Position numbers and translations under genes: made by a program. From an uncultured Chloroflexia bacterium (GTDB lineage Bacteria; Chloroflexota; Limnocylindria; Limnocylindrales; CSP1-4), in contig CAVQJC010000011.1 of NCBI GenBank assembly GCA_963712745.1, forward strand, positions 192,001-256,000: 64,000 nucleotides of DNA, given 5' to 3'. The notes under the pieces are model-generated. The model did not search any database. It saw only the letters and a program-made list of their open reading frames with translations, and was not told where the DNA came from. Within the stretch, counting starts at the first letter, position 1. Each line of letters opens with the position of its first letter. Shown piece by piece: positions 1 to 10,117 of the stretch.

Positions 1-518
1 GCGACATCGTCTACAGTGAGAACGAGTGGTTCTCCCAGTTCGCACAGGACCGCACGCTGGGCATCCCGCACACGCTCTGGATCCTGGCTTTCGTGGCCGT
101 CATCGCACACCTGCTTCTCTCTCACACCGTGCTCGGTCGATGGGTCTATCCGACCGGCGGCAACTATGCGGCGGCACGAGCATCGGGTGTCCCGGTCCGT
201 CGAGTGATGGTCTCGGTATTCGTCATCTGCGCTACGTTCTCCGCCATCGGCGGCATCCTGCTTGCCTCCATCAACGAGAGCGCACGCTCCAACGCCGGTT
301 TCGGCCAGGAGTTCAACGCCATCTCCGCGGTGGCCATCGGTGGCAACAGCATCTTCGGTGGCGCCGGGACCGTGCCGCGCACGATCATCGGCGTGCTCAT
401 CGTGGGCGTGCTCAACAACCTCATGATCCTGGTCGGCATCCCGGCCGAATCGCAGAACGTCGTCAAGGGCGCCCTCATCGTGGGCGCGGTGCTGCTTGAC
501 CTGAGGTTGCGACGATGA
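1..518 (+). CDS. Monosaccharide ABC transporter permease (RbsC-like), 5'-truncated by window edge
   Basis: Frame open from nt 3; hydrophobic; GRWVYPTGGNYAAARASG and ISAVAIGGNSIFGG motifs of the BPD_transp_2 family. Confidence 0.9.
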   Translation, partial: DIVYSENEWFSQFAQDRTLGIPHTLWILAFVAVIAHLLLSHTVLGRWVYPTGGNYAAARASGVPVRRVMVSVFVICATFSAIGGILLASINESARSNAGFGQEFNAISAVAIGGNSIFGGAGTVPRTIIGVLIVGVLNNLMILVGIPAESQNVVKGALIVGAVLLDLRLRR

Positions 519-1534
519 CCTCCATCAGCCCGCGGACGCTGCGTTTCATCGCCGAGAACCGCATCTACCTCTTCTTCGCGGTCGCCTTCGTGTTGGCCCT
601 CGTCTTCATCCCTGACATCCGCAGTGTGCCCGCGCTGAGGAACGTGCTCGCGCGTGCCTCCATCGAGGGCATCATGGCCGTGGGCGTGACCATCGTCATC
701 CTTTCTGGCCAGCTGGATCTCTCGCTGGGCTCGGTCCTGGCGCTCAGTGGTGTCGTGGCTCTCGGCTTGCAGGGAGACATCGGCCCGGTGCCGGCAGCCT
801 TCGTGGGCATCCTGGCCGGCGGACTCGTAGGGGTCATGAACGGTGTGTTCGTGGTCAGGTTCGGCATCAACTCGTTCATCGTCACGCTGGCGGCCATGAT
901 CGGTGTCCGAGGCATGGCCATGACGCTCTCCAACGCCGCCCCTATCCGCGGTGCCGATTCGTCCTTCGGCCCCAGCGTGGACCGGGCCATCTTCGGGCCG
1001 CTCTGGGAGGGGCTGGGGACCTTCCTCACGCCGCGCATCCTCATCTTCCTGGCGCTGCTCCTTGTCGCGCACCTGTTCCTTCTGTGGGTGCGCCAGGGCC
1101 GCAACATCTACGCCGTCGGCGGGAACCCCGAGGCAGCACGCCTGTCCGGCATCCCGACCTCGACCTACGTCTTCGGCGCCTTCGTCTTCAGTGGCCTGTG
1201 CGGTGGTCTTGCCGGGACCGTGCTCGGCCTCAGCCTGAACACCGGGTCACCGGTGGTGGGTGCTGACAGCATCCTGCGCGTCATCGCTGCCGTGGTCATC
1301 GGCGGCACCGCGCTGACGGGCGGCTCGGGGTCGATGCTCAAGACGCTCATGGGCGTGTTGCTCCTGGCACTGGTCAACACGGCCATGAACCAGGCTCGCG
1401 TAGAGGTATACGTCCAGGGCATCGTCCTCGGCATCATCCTCATCCTCGTAGTACTCATCGACGCTCTCTACAGCGCGTGGCGCACGCGCCTGGTCATCGC
1501 CGGTCAACTCGGATCGACGCGAGCTGCCGACTAG
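515..1534 (+). CDS. Monosaccharide ABC transporter permease (RbsC-like)
   Basis: GQLDLSLGS, GRNIYAVGGNPEAARLSG and IAAVVIGGTALTGG motifs; ATGA overlap with upstream permease. Confidence 0.92.
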   Translation: MTSISPRTLRFIAENRIYLFFAVAFVLALVFIPDIRSVPALRNVLARASIEGIMAVGVTIVILSGQLDLSLGSVLALSGVVALGLQGDIGPVPAAFVGILAGGLVGVMNGVFVVRFGINSFIVTLAAMIGVRGMAMTLSNAAPIRGADSSFGPSVDRAIFGPLWEGLGTFLTPRILIFLALLLVAHLFLLWVRQGRNIYAVGGNPEAARLSGIPTSTYVFGAFVFSGLCGGLAGTVLGLSLNTGSPVVGADSILRVIAAVVIGGTALTGGSGSMLKTLMGVLLLALVNTAMNQARVEVYVQGIVLGIILILVVLIDALYSAWRTRLVIAGQLGSTRAAD

Positions 1535-1658
1535 CGGCGAAATCCGGTCGCAGATAGGAGGAGGACACCGCGAGAACACCAGCCTCGACCCGTGATGAGG
1601 AGGAGTCACGGGCCATGGACTTCCACCGAGTCCCACTGAGAAGGAGTAACCGATCGAC

Positions 1659-2624
1659 ATGAAGAGCACTCTGAAACTCATCGGCGTCGTGGCGACGCTC
1701 GCAATCGCAGCCACAACGCTGGCTGTCCCCGTGGCGGCGCAGGACGAGGAGATGGGCAAGACAGCCTGTCTGCTCGCGCCCGCTTCGACCACCCCATATT
1801 CGGCCCGCATCAACGCGAAGATCGAGGAAGCCGGTGCCGAGCAGGGCATCGCCTTCACGGTCCTTTCCGCGGAGCAGGATCCGGCGGTCCAGGTCGACCA
1901 GATGCGTGACTGCATCGCCCAGGGCGTGGATGGCATGATCCTCATCTCGTCTGACCTCGAGGCCATCTGTCCGGTCCTCCAGGAAGCCAATGACGCTGGT
2001 ATCCCGGTCCTGACCTCCAACGCCGGTGTGAGCTGCACCGACCTGGTGGAAGGCTTCACCGGGCCCAACTACACCCTCCAGGCCAACATCATGGGTGAGT
2101 ACACCTGCAGCGACCTGCTACCCGACGGCGGCAACGTGGCCATCGTCTCCGGCGCTCTCGGCTACTCGGCCACGGTCGAGCGGACCGACGGCTTCGTCGA
2201 CAAGATCGCCGAACTCTGCCCTGACAGTGTCACCATCATCGATACCCAGCCGACCGACTGGTCTCGCCAGAGCGCGCTCCAGATCGCGCGTGACTACGTG
2301 ACCAAGTACGGCGCCGACGGCATCGACATGATCTACGCCCAGGACGACACCCTGGCCGCCGGCGTGGCCGAGGGCCTCGAGCAGTCCGGCGTGGCCCCCG
2401 GCGACATCAAGCTCGTCGGCATCGGCGGCAACGTCGATGGCTTCGACCTGATGACCAACGGCTGGATGCAGGCCACCATCTACCAGTCCCCCTTCTTCGA
2501 TGGCCAGCTGGCCGTCGACACGCTCACCCGTATCTTCGCGGGCGAGGACGTCGAGGACTTCATCCCCATCGACTCTCCCGTCATCACCCCGGACAACATG
2601 TCCGAGTACGAGCCGGCCTACTAG
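1659..2624 (+). CDS. Sugar ABC transporter substrate-binding protein (RbsB-like)
   Basis: Signal peptide (AVPVAA-QD); Peripla_BP_4-type motifs ERTDGF, IYAQDD, ATIYQSP; AAGGAG RBS. Confidence 0.9.
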   Translation: MKSTLKLIGVVATLAIAATTLAVPVAAQDEEMGKTACLLAPASTTPYSARINAKIEEAGAEQGIAFTVLSAEQDPAVQVDQMRDCIAQGVDGMILISSDLEAICPVLQEANDAGIPVLTSNAGVSCTDLVEGFTGPNYTLQANIMGEYTCSDLLPDGGNVAIVSGALGYSATVERTDGFVDKIAELCPDSVTIIDTQPTDWSRQSALQIARDYVTKYGADGIDMIYAQDDTLAAGVAEGLEQSGVAPGDIKLVGIGGNVDGFDLMTNGWMQATIYQSPFFDGQLAVDTLTRIFAGEDVEDFIPIDSPVITPDNMSEYEPAY

Positions 2625-2690
2625 GCGGGCCAACGCCGGGACGGGCACTGCCATCGGCAACGGCCTGTCCCCGGTCGTGACCAACACCCC

Positions 2691-2731
2691 GAGGGCGAGT
2701 CGGCCCCCATCCTCCACGCCGACTCGCCCTC
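2691..2731 (+). terminator. GC-rich stem-loop 3' of the binding-protein gene (mRNA stabiliser or attenuator)
   Basis: Perfect 14-bp inverted repeat GAGGGCGAGTCGGC / GCCGACTCGCCCTC with 13-nt loop; no U tract. Confidence 0.55.
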
Positions 2732-2767
2732 CACCGTCTCCACTCCAGCGCCAGGAGGTAACGATCC

Positions 2768-3547
2768 ATGGAACAGCGCCTGGCCATCATCACCGGCTCC
2801 TCCAAGGGCATCGGCGAGGCCTGTGCCCGGCGGTTCCTGGCCGAGGGCGTCACCGTCGTCGGCATCTCGACCTCACCACCTGATGAGCCACTCGCCTCAC
2901 ACACAGGCTTTCACGCCATCGTGGGAGACGTCGCCGATGCGGCCGTCTGGGAGCAGGTCACCACGACCTACCGGGCGCTTGGCATCCTGCCGACCACGCT
3001 CGTACTCAATGCCGCGCGACCCCTGGTCGGCACCGTCATCTCACTCGAGATCGACCAATGGCGGTCCCTTTTCGAGGGCAATTTCTTCGGCGCAGTGCTC
3101 GGGGCCAAGTCGTGCCTGCCTGACATGATCGCTGGCGGAGGCGGCTCGGTCGTCGTCGTTTCGTCGGTCGACGGCTGGCTGGCGGAGCAGGGTCTGATCG
3201 CCTACGCCTGCACCAAGGCGACCCTCATCGCCTTCGCGCGCAACCTGGCTGTTGACCATGCGCGAGACAGGATCCGGGCGAACGTGGTGGCGCCCGGCAC
3301 GACCGACACCCCAGCCTTCCGGCGTGCCATGGGGACGGCCGATGACCCTGACGCCTGGATCGAAGAACGAGCCCAGCGCAACCCGCTCGGTCGCATCCTC
3401 TCCGCCGATGAGATCGCCAGCACCGCGTGGTTCCTCGCCAGCGAGGAATCCTCGGGCATCACAGGGGCCGTCGTGACGGTCGATGCGGGACTCTCGACGT
3501 CGTTCGACTTCAGACGGCCAGAGAGCCACGGATACCGCGAGTCATGA
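2768..3547 (+). CDS. Short-chain dehydrogenase/reductase (SDR)
   Basis: TGSSKGIG Rossmann motif, catalytic YACTK, IRANVVAPG; AGGAGG RBS. Confidence 0.93.
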   Translation: MEQRLAIITGSSKGIGEACARRFLAEGVTVVGISTSPPDEPLASHTGFHAIVGDVADAAVWEQVTTTYRALGILPTTLVLNAARPLVGTVISLEIDQWRSLFEGNFFGAVLGAKSCLPDMIAGGGGSVVVVSSVDGWLAEQGLIAYACTKATLIAFARNLAVDHARDRIRANVVAPGTTDTPAFRRAMGTADDPDAWIEERAQRNPLGRILSADEIASTAWFLASEESSGITGAVVTVDAGLSTSFDFRRPESHGYRES

Positions 3548-3597
3548 CCACCCCCATGACCTCGCCGTGATGGCATCGATCGGGCGCTGACGGGCAG

Positions 3598-4846
3598 GTG
3601 ACCATGGGATCGACCGACCTACGAGCCGCCTTTGACGGGCTCCTCGCCGACCCGGCCTACTTCCAGGATCCATATCCTGCGCTCTCGACCATCCGTGAGG
3701 CGTCGCCCCTCTACTGGAGTGACGAGTGGGGCGTCTGGATCGTCACCCGCCACGAGGACGTGGTCGCCATCCTCAAGGATCCTCAGCGCTACTCCAACGC
3801 CGGGCAATTCAGCGCCTATCTCGATCAGCTGCCCGCTGAGGCAGCGCCGTACGTCGAGCCCCTACGCCGTCACTATGCCTCGGGCATGCTGCAGTCCGAT
3901 CCGCCGGCCCACTCGCGCCTGCGACCGCTGATCAACAAGGCTTTCACGCCGCGAGTGGTCGAGGGTTCGCGCGCTCGAAATCGAGTCAATCGTCGAGGGG
4001 CTCATCGCGGAGTTTCGGGACCGCGGCAGCGCCGACCTGCAGCGTGAGTTCGCCTACCCGCTGCCGGCCATCGTCATCGCCGAGCTGATGGGCGTTCCAG
4101 TGGGAGACCGCGACCTGCTCATCGACCTCTCCGACGGCGTCGTCGGCATCCAGCGCTCCGGCAGGGCCGCAGTGGACGGCCACCTCGTCCGGTCCGCCGA
4201 ATCGATGGTGGCCATGGAGGACTATTTCCGCGACCTCTGCCGTGAACGCAAGGCGCACCCGGGCGACGATCTCATCACCGCCCTCGTCGAGGCTGAGGAG
4301 GCCGGTGATCGGCTGGATGAGGCCGAGCTCATCTCGATGTGCACGACCCTCATGATCGCCGGGCACGAGACCACGCGGAACCTCATCGCCAACGGCATGC
4401 TCACGCTTCTGCGCCACCCGGACGACCTGCGACGCTTGCAGGAGCGCGACGAGGCACTGCTCACGTCAGCCATCGAGGAGATGCTGCGCTACGAGAGCCC
4501 GATCCAGCGGGGCTGGCGGCGCATCGCCGAGGACATTGAGCTTCATGGGCAGCGCCTCCACGAAGGCCAGCTGCTGTATCTCATGCTCGGCGCGGCCAAC
4601 CGCGACCCGCGCCTCTTCGACGAGCCGGAGGACTTCCTGATGGATCGCAAGCCCAACCGCCATGTGGCCTTCGGGATGGGCGTCCACTTCTGCGTGGGGG
4701 CCCCGCTGTCCCGGCTGGAGGCCAAGATCGCCTTCCTGGCCCTGCTCGGGTTGCCGGACCTTCAGCTCACGGTCGATGACGTGGAGTGGACCGCCAGCAT
4801 CACCCATCGGGGCCTTGAGTCACTGCCGGTGGCCTTCGATGTCTGA
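3598..4846 (+). CDS. Cytochrome P450, split by one +1 frameshift near 3978
   Basis: DPPAHSRLR, I-helix AGHETT, ExxR (EEMLR), heme motif FGMGVHFCVG; removing one A in CGAAATC joins ORFs 3598-4047 and 4088-4846. Confidence 0.92.
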
Positions 4847-5633
4847 TCCCATCCGCTGCTCGCTCAACGTCACGTTCCACTTCTTCGGGCGGCCGCTCAC
4901 TGACGCCCTCGATGGCGCGGTCAAGGCCGGCTTCACGACGATCGAGCTGCTCGATCCCTACAGCGTCGAGCTCGACGATCTCGAGCGAGCCCTGGATCGT
5001 CGCGGGCTCAAGGTCGACCTGTTGAACCTTCCCATGGGCGATTTCGCGGCCGGAGACCGCGGCTTTGCGGGCGACCCGCGAAGGCGCGCCGAGTTCCGGG
5101 ACGGTGTCGAGGCTGCCTTGCAAATCACAGGCCGGCTCGGCGCCACCAAGGTCAACGCGCTCGCCGGCAATCGCGTCGACGGTGTGAGCGAGTCCGACCA
5201 GTACGACTGCCTCGTCGAGCAGCTGGGCTTCGCCGCGGATCGCCTGGCTCAGGAGGGCGTGCGCCTGACGACGGAGATGCTGAACCCGATCGAGACCCCC
5301 GGATTCCTGCTCTCCTCGCTCTCGCGAGCGCAGTCGATCCTGGACCAGCTCGGCGGCAGGGTGGCGTTTCAGCTTGACGTCTACCACCTGCAGCGGACGC
5401 ACGGCGAGCTTATCCGCACCATCGAGGAGACGGCAGATCTCACCGGCCACTACCAGATCGCGGACGCCCCCGGCCGCAACGAGCCGGGCACCGGCGAGAT
5501 CAACTTCGTCAACGTCCTCGCCGCCATCGCTGCGACCGGATACGAGGGGCTGGTGGGATGCGAGTACAAGCCCAGCGCACCGGATATCGATGCATTCCTC
5601 TGGATGCATGACCTGGGTGTCGAGAAGGCGTAG
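4839..5633 (+). CDS. Hydroxypyruvate isomerase / OtnI family TIM-barrel isomerase
   Basis: NLPMGDFAAGDRG, DVYHLQ, QIADAPGRNEPGTGEIN, GCEYKP; start overlaps the P450 stop. Confidence 0.88.
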   Translation: MSDPIRCSLNVTFHFFGRPLTDALDGAVKAGFTTIELLDPYSVELDDLERALDRRGLKVDLLNLPMGDFAAGDRGFAGDPRRRAEFRDGVEAALQITGRLGATKVNALAGNRVDGVSESDQYDCLVEQLGFAADRLAQEGVRLTTEMLNPIETPGFLLSSLSRAQSILDQLGGRVAFQLDVYHLQRTHGELIRTIEETADLTGHYQIADAPGRNEPGTGEINFVNVLAAIAATGYEGLVGCEYKPSAPDIDAFLWMHDLGVEKA

Positions 5634-5743
5634 AGGATGACCAGGTGACGAGCCATCGACGAGCCGACCCGGCGGCTGGAGCGCCGCGTGATACCGATGG
5701 AGCGGCAGCCCCCGCCGCGCGCCCCACCGCTATGCTTGCGAGC

Positions 5744-6841
5744 GTGTCACGATCGCGTCGCGGAGAGAATGCCTACGTCCCGCAATACGTTCGGATCCGC
5801 GACGAGATCACCCGCCGGATCGAGGCCGGGGAGCTCCAGCAGGGCGAGCGCATCCCGTCGCTGCGCGAGATGTGCGACGAGTTCGGCGTCTCGTCGATCA
5901 CCGCGCGGCGCGCGTTGCTCGATCTGCTCAACGAGGGCATCGTCGAACGACGCGGAGGCCTCGGTGCATTCGTCACCGGCATGCGGCGCCGAGCCCGCAT
6001 CGCGGTCGTCATCATCGGCTACACCGAGAGCGCCTGGCGCCAGAACAGCGGCTCCTTCGGGCAGCTCGTCGGTGGGATCGCGTCCTCGATGTGGGAGCAC
6101 GACGCGCTGCTCACGGTGCTGCCCGTGAACGATCCCATGACGGCCGCGACGGCACTGCGCCAGCTGCTGCATGACCAGCCCGTGGACGGGCTGCTGTTCC
6201 GTGTGGCGGGCGATGTCGACTGGCGCGTCGTGGATATCCCCGCCGAGCAGGAGATCGGCGCCGTCCTGATCAAACGGACTCATCCCGCGACCGCCGTGCC
6301 GGCCGTCCTCGCGGACGCACGCACGGCCGGCTCCCTGGCGGTGGAGCACCTGGTGGCCCTGGGCCATCGTCGTATCGGGCTACTCTCGGCCACGGCTTCG
6401 ACCGATACCTACCGCGACCACAAGGCCGGCTTCATCGAAGCACTCGACGGTCATGGCATCCGTGTCGGTCGCGAGCTTGTGACGGCCGTGAACAGTGTCT
6501 TCGACGAGGACCGGAAGGTGGCCGCGGCGCGACTCCTTGAGCTGCAAGAGCGCCCCACCGCCATCGTCTGCGGGGCAGACTTCCTGGCACTGGACGTCTA
6601 CGAGGTGGCCGCGGAACACGGCCTGCGCATCCCCCAGGATCTGTCCGTGGTCAGCTTCGACGACATGGAGTTCGCCCAGCACCTGCAACCGCCGCTCACC
6701 ACCGTGCGGCTCTCCTACTACGACCTGGGCCGCGCGGCCGCGGCCACGCTGTTCCGTGTGCTCGAGGGGGACGAGGTCCCCACCGTGCAGGACATCTCCG
6801 TCGAGCTCATCGTGCGCGAGTCGACTGCCCCGGTCGAGTAG
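5744..6841 (+). CDS. GntR-HTH / LacI-type sensor hybrid regulator (AraR-like architecture)
   Basis: N-terminal GntR wHTH (RIPSLREMCDEFGVSSITARRAL); C-terminal LacI sensor (GHRRIG, DLSVVSFDD, PPLTTV); start placed at the GTG 7 nt after TATGCT. Confidence 0.9.
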   Translation: MSRSRRGENAYVPQYVRIRDEITRRIEAGELQQGERIPSLREMCDEFGVSSITARRALLDLLNEGIVERRGGLGAFVTGMRRRARIAVVIIGYTESAWRQNSGSFGQLVGGIASSMWEHDALLTVLPVNDPMTAATALRQLLHDQPVDGLLFRVAGDVDWRVVDIPAEQEIGAVLIKRTHPATAVPAVLADARTAGSLAVEHLVALGHRRIGLLSATASTDTYRDHKAGFIEALDGHGIRVGRELVTAVNSVFDEDRKVAAARLLELQERPTAIVCGADFLALDVYEVAAEHGLRIPQDLSVVSFDDMEFAQHLQPPLTTVRLSYYDLGRAAAATLFRVLEGDEVPTVQDISVELIVRESTAPVE

Positions 6842-6895
6842 GGCCCGACAAGCAGAACGACACAGGTCGACCTCGCCGCTTCCCCTATACTCCGA

Positions 6896-6909
6896 GTGTG
6901 TATACACGC
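6896..6909. promoter_or_regulatory. Candidate operator just downstream of a TATACT -10 element
   Basis: Palindrome GTGTATACAC (6898-6907); related motifs at 9245-9257 and 12876-12889. Confidence 0.5.
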
Positions 6910-6933
6910 ATACCGGCTGCCTCGTCGGGCGAC

Positions 6934-8088
6934 ATGACCTCGCGCGAGCGCGTCCTCGCCGCGCTTGACCACCGCGAGCCCGACCGAGTGCCCTACGACT
7001 TCGGCGGCACCTTCGTCACCAGCAGCCACCACATCGCCTACCGCCGGCTCCGCGAGTACCTGGGCATCACACCCGAGGTCAACGTCGCGGACATCCGCCT
7101 GGGGCTCGCCTGGATCGATCGCGACGTCCAGGATCTGCTCGGTGCTGACGTGGGCATCGTGGCCACGGGTCCTCCCGACCCGGCCAGCTGGCAGCTCGAG
7201 GTCCGGGATGCAGGGGAGTATCGCGAACTCACCGACGAGTACGGCATGGGCTGGCGCCAGCCCAAGGACGGCGGCCTCTACTTCGACCTCTTCCACAGTC
7301 CGCTGGCCGACGTGGAGACGCCGGCCGAGGTCGCGGCCTATCCCTGGCCCGACCCCACCGACCCCGCCCGGTTCCGCGAGATCCGGGCCGACTGCGAGCG
7401 AGTCGTCTTCGAGGAGGGGCGAGCCTCAGCCTGCAAGGGCATCATCCCCGGGACGCTGGAGGTCTCGCTGTGGATGCGAGGGTTCGAGCGGTTCTTCATG
7501 GATCTCGTCCAGGACCAGGCCTTGGCCGGGGCCATCCTGGACAAGGCGCTGGAGATCAAGCTGCGCTTCTGGGAGACGGTCTTCGGGCACATCGGGGACA
7601 TCCTCGACGTCATCTACGATGCCGATGACTATGGCAGCCAGATGGCCCCGCTCATCGCACCGGACCTGTGGCGCAAGATGATCAAGCCGCGTATCTCGGA
7701 GCTCTACGCCTTCGTGCATGCCAACAGCGGGGCCAAGGTCTTCCTGCACTCGGACGGCGCCATCAAGCCGCTCATCCCCGATCTCATCGAGGCCGGCGTG
7801 GACGGACTCAACCCCGTGCAGTTCACCGCCGAAGGCATGGAGTTGCCGGAGCTCAAGCGTGAGTTCGGGCGCGAGATCGCGTTCTGGGGCGGCGGCGTGG
7901 ATACCCAGAAGGTGCTGCCGCGCGGGACGCCGGCAGAGGTGCGGGAACAGGTGCTCCGGAACGTGGAGATGCTGATGCCGGGCGGTGGCTACATCTTTGC
8001 CACGGTCCACAACATCCAGGCGGACGTCCCGCCGGAGAACATCGTGGCCATGGTGGAAGCACTCCGGGAGGCCGGCGTCTACCGTTAG
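6934..8088 (+). CDS. Uroporphyrinogen-decarboxylase (URO-D)/MtaA-like family protein, function unknown
   Basis: MTSRERVLAALDHREPDRVP N-terminus, DDYGSQ, FLHSDG, FWGGGVDTQ, HNIQADVPPENI. Confidence 0.88.
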   Translation: MTSRERVLAALDHREPDRVPYDFGGTFVTSSHHIAYRRLREYLGITPEVNVADIRLGLAWIDRDVQDLLGADVGIVATGPPDPASWQLEVRDAGEYRELTDEYGMGWRQPKDGGLYFDLFHSPLADVETPAEVAAYPWPDPTDPARFREIRADCERVVFEEGRASACKGIIPGTLEVSLWMRGFERFFMDLVQDQALAGAILDKALEIKLRFWETVFGHIGDILDVIYDADDYGSQMAPLIAPDLWRKMIKPRISELYAFVHANSGAKVFLHSDGAIKPLIPDLIEAGVDGLNPVQFTAEGMELPELKREFGREIAFWGGGVDTQKVLPRGTPAEVREQVLRNVEMLMPGGGYIFATVHNIQADVPPENIVAMVEALREAGVYR

Positions 8089-8137
8089 CTCAGGGGTGCG
8101 CCGCCCCGCCCTCAGGCGCCGCCCCGCCATCGCCGAC

Positions 8138-9181
8138 TCAGGCGCCGTCCGCCACCTCTTCGTCGATGGCTTCACGAACCGCTGTCCAGCCCGCGATGAA
8201 GGCATCTCGGAAGTGCTGTACCGGTCCGAACTCCTCGAACTCCGCAGCGCTCAGCGCCTCGATGTCCATAGCCCGCCGGAAGTCCTCGAACGTGTCGAGC
8301 AGCTGCTCCTCGACGTCCGTCGGCGCGGGATCACCCACGGTCTCGCGTCGCTCCGGATCGGCCTCGAGGACCTCGACATAGGTCGACCAGTTGATGGTCG
8401 CGGCATGCGGCCCACCTACCAGTCCGGTGAGGTCGGCCGTGGTCCTGGCTCCGCCGTACAGGAGCTGAACCGGGTAGCCGCGTTCGTCGACCAGCCGCTT
8501 CGCGGCTCGGGCCCAGGCCACGCCCGCCCACATCACGGCCTCTGGCGCGATGGTCGTTCCGTCGCGTGCGGCGACCTTCTTGAGGTGGTCACCGAAGATG
8601 CCCGTGATGGGAGCCATGATGAAGACCGGGCTGTTGCCGCTCTCAGCCGAAGCCTGCCGGTAGCGCTCGCAGGTCTCGGCGACCTGGGCCAGGCTGAAGA
8701 CCTCCGTCATCAGCACGGGCTGATCCTCCCGGACCAGGACATCGAGCGCCGCCAGGCCGGGGAGGGTAGCCGGGATCTTGGGGATGCAGTTCTCTGCCAG
8801 GGAGCGGGCCTCGCGGGCAGAGTCCAGGATCGGCTCGACCGCGGTGTCCAGTTCGGGCGCTCCCTGCATAGAGACCCAGCCTTCCCGGCCACCACTGCGC
8901 TCGTGGATGGCGGAGAAATGGGGCAGGATGCGTGCGACCAGGCGCTGCTGGACGAGCGCTACGCCCTCGTCTCCGCGGGCGCCCGCGGCGGCCACCTCGA
9001 CGATGTCTGGTCGGATCTCAGCGGGGGCTCGGCCGAGCAGGTTGCCGCCGTAGGCGGGGTTGGTGGTGCAGGCGACCGCGCCTTGCGCCAGGGATAGCTC
9101 GATCTCCGAGGCGGTGGGATTGTTGATCCAGACACGGCTCGGCGTCTGGTGGCGTAGCCATTCGAAATAGGTCTCGCTCAT
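8138..9181 (-). CDS. Transaldolase/FSA-family protein (atypical active site)
   Basis: WINNP, CTTNP, Schiff-base Lys in IPKIPAT, TEVFS; AGGAG RBS before ATG 9181. Confidence 0.85.
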   Translation of the reverse strand: MSETYFEWLRHQTPSRVWINNPTASEIELSLAQGAVACTTNPAYGGNLLGRAPAEIRPDIVEVAAAGARGDEGVALVQQRLVARILPHFSAIHERSGGREGWVSMQGAPELDTAVEPILDSAREARSLAENCIPKIPATLPGLAALDVLVREDQPVLMTEVFSLAQVAETCERYRQASAESGNSPVFIMAPITGIFGDHLKKVAARDGTTIAPEAVMWAGVAWARAAKRLVDERGYPVQLLYGGARTTADLTGLVGGPHAATINWSTYVEVLEADPERRETVGDPAPTDVEEQLLDTFEDFRRAMDIEALSAAEFEEFGPVQHFRDAFIAGWTAVREAIDEEVADGA

Positions 9182-9320
9182 GCGGCTCCTGACGGGCTTC
9201 CCGTTGGCTGTGCGTTGATTCCCGCAAGTGGACCCTGATATGCTTGCATGCACACGTCCTGCAGGCAAGCCTGAACTGCCGAGACCGCGCATCAGCGCCT
9301 GGACATGAGGGAGCGATGGA

Positions 9321-10070
9321 ATGACGACTCCGACACGATCCACAACTCCGGCGGGCGCCGCTGCTGCATCGGGCAAGGCGCTGGCGCGTTCCGCGGCGCT
9401 CGATGCGCTCATGGCCGCGCCGCCCCCCGTCGTGCAGGTGTCGATCGACGTACCCACCGTCGACCAGGCCATCGAGATCGGCCACATGGCCAAGCGCGCT
9501 GGGGTCGACCTGCTCGAGTTCGGGACACCGCTGGTGCTATACCAGGGGCTGTCGGTGATGGACCCGTTCAAGGCGGCCTTCCCCGATGACCCGGTCCTGG
9601 CCGATGTCAAGATCGTCGACGGCGCCAAGAAGTACGTCGTCTCGGCCGCCAAGATGGGAGCTGACTTCGTGACTATCTGCGGGGTGGCTCACGACGCCAG
9701 CATCCGACAGGCGCTGGAAGGCCAGGCGGAGACCGGCATCACGGTCGTGGTCGACCTGTACGCTGCGCCTGATCCGGTGGCACGGGCCCGCGAGGTCGTG
9801 GACATGGGCGCTCAGGTCGTGCTCGTCCACTACGGGGGCGATGCGCGCCTGGACGACCCTGAGGCAGACGACACGATCGACATGCTCACGCGTACCAAGG
9901 CCGCGGTCGACGTTCCGGTGGGCGTCGTGACCTTCGATCCGGCCGGCGGCGAGGCGGCCGTGGCGGCAGGCGCCGACATCGTGCTCATCGGCCACCCCTA
10001 CCTGCTGGGCCCCGAGGCAGAACCGATGCTGACCGAGTACGTCCAGAGGGTGAAGGCCGTCCGGGCCTAG
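9321..10070 (+). CDS. 3-hexulose-6-phosphate synthase-like (OMPDC/HUMPS family)
   Basis: VQVSID, LEFGTPL, LADVKIVDG, HPS-type VVVDL and HYGGD. Confidence 0.8.
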   Translation: MTTPTRSTTPAGAAAASGKALARSAALDALMAAPPPVVQVSIDVPTVDQAIEIGHMAKRAGVDLLEFGTPLVLYQGLSVMDPFKAAFPDDPVLADVKIVDGAKKYVVSAAKMGADFVTICGVAHDASIRQALEGQAETGITVVVDLYAAPDPVARAREVVDMGAQVVLVHYGGDARLDDPEADDTIDMLTRTKAAVDVPVGVVTFDPAGGEAAVAAGADIVLIGHPYLLGPEAEPMLTEYVQRVKAVRA

Positions 10071-10117
10071 GGGCGCGTCGTACCGCCGCCGCGGCCCGCC
10101 ACGGAAGGACTGGTGAC

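Noticed and set aside
6934-8088. Calling the URO-D-like gene hemE
   Set aside because: The HemE N-terminal RQAGR motif is absent and the context is sugar catabolism.
9182-9652. 157-aa N-terminal extension of the transaldolase ORF
   Set aside because: It is antisense to the HPS-like gene, and a clear RBS and family start lie at 9181.
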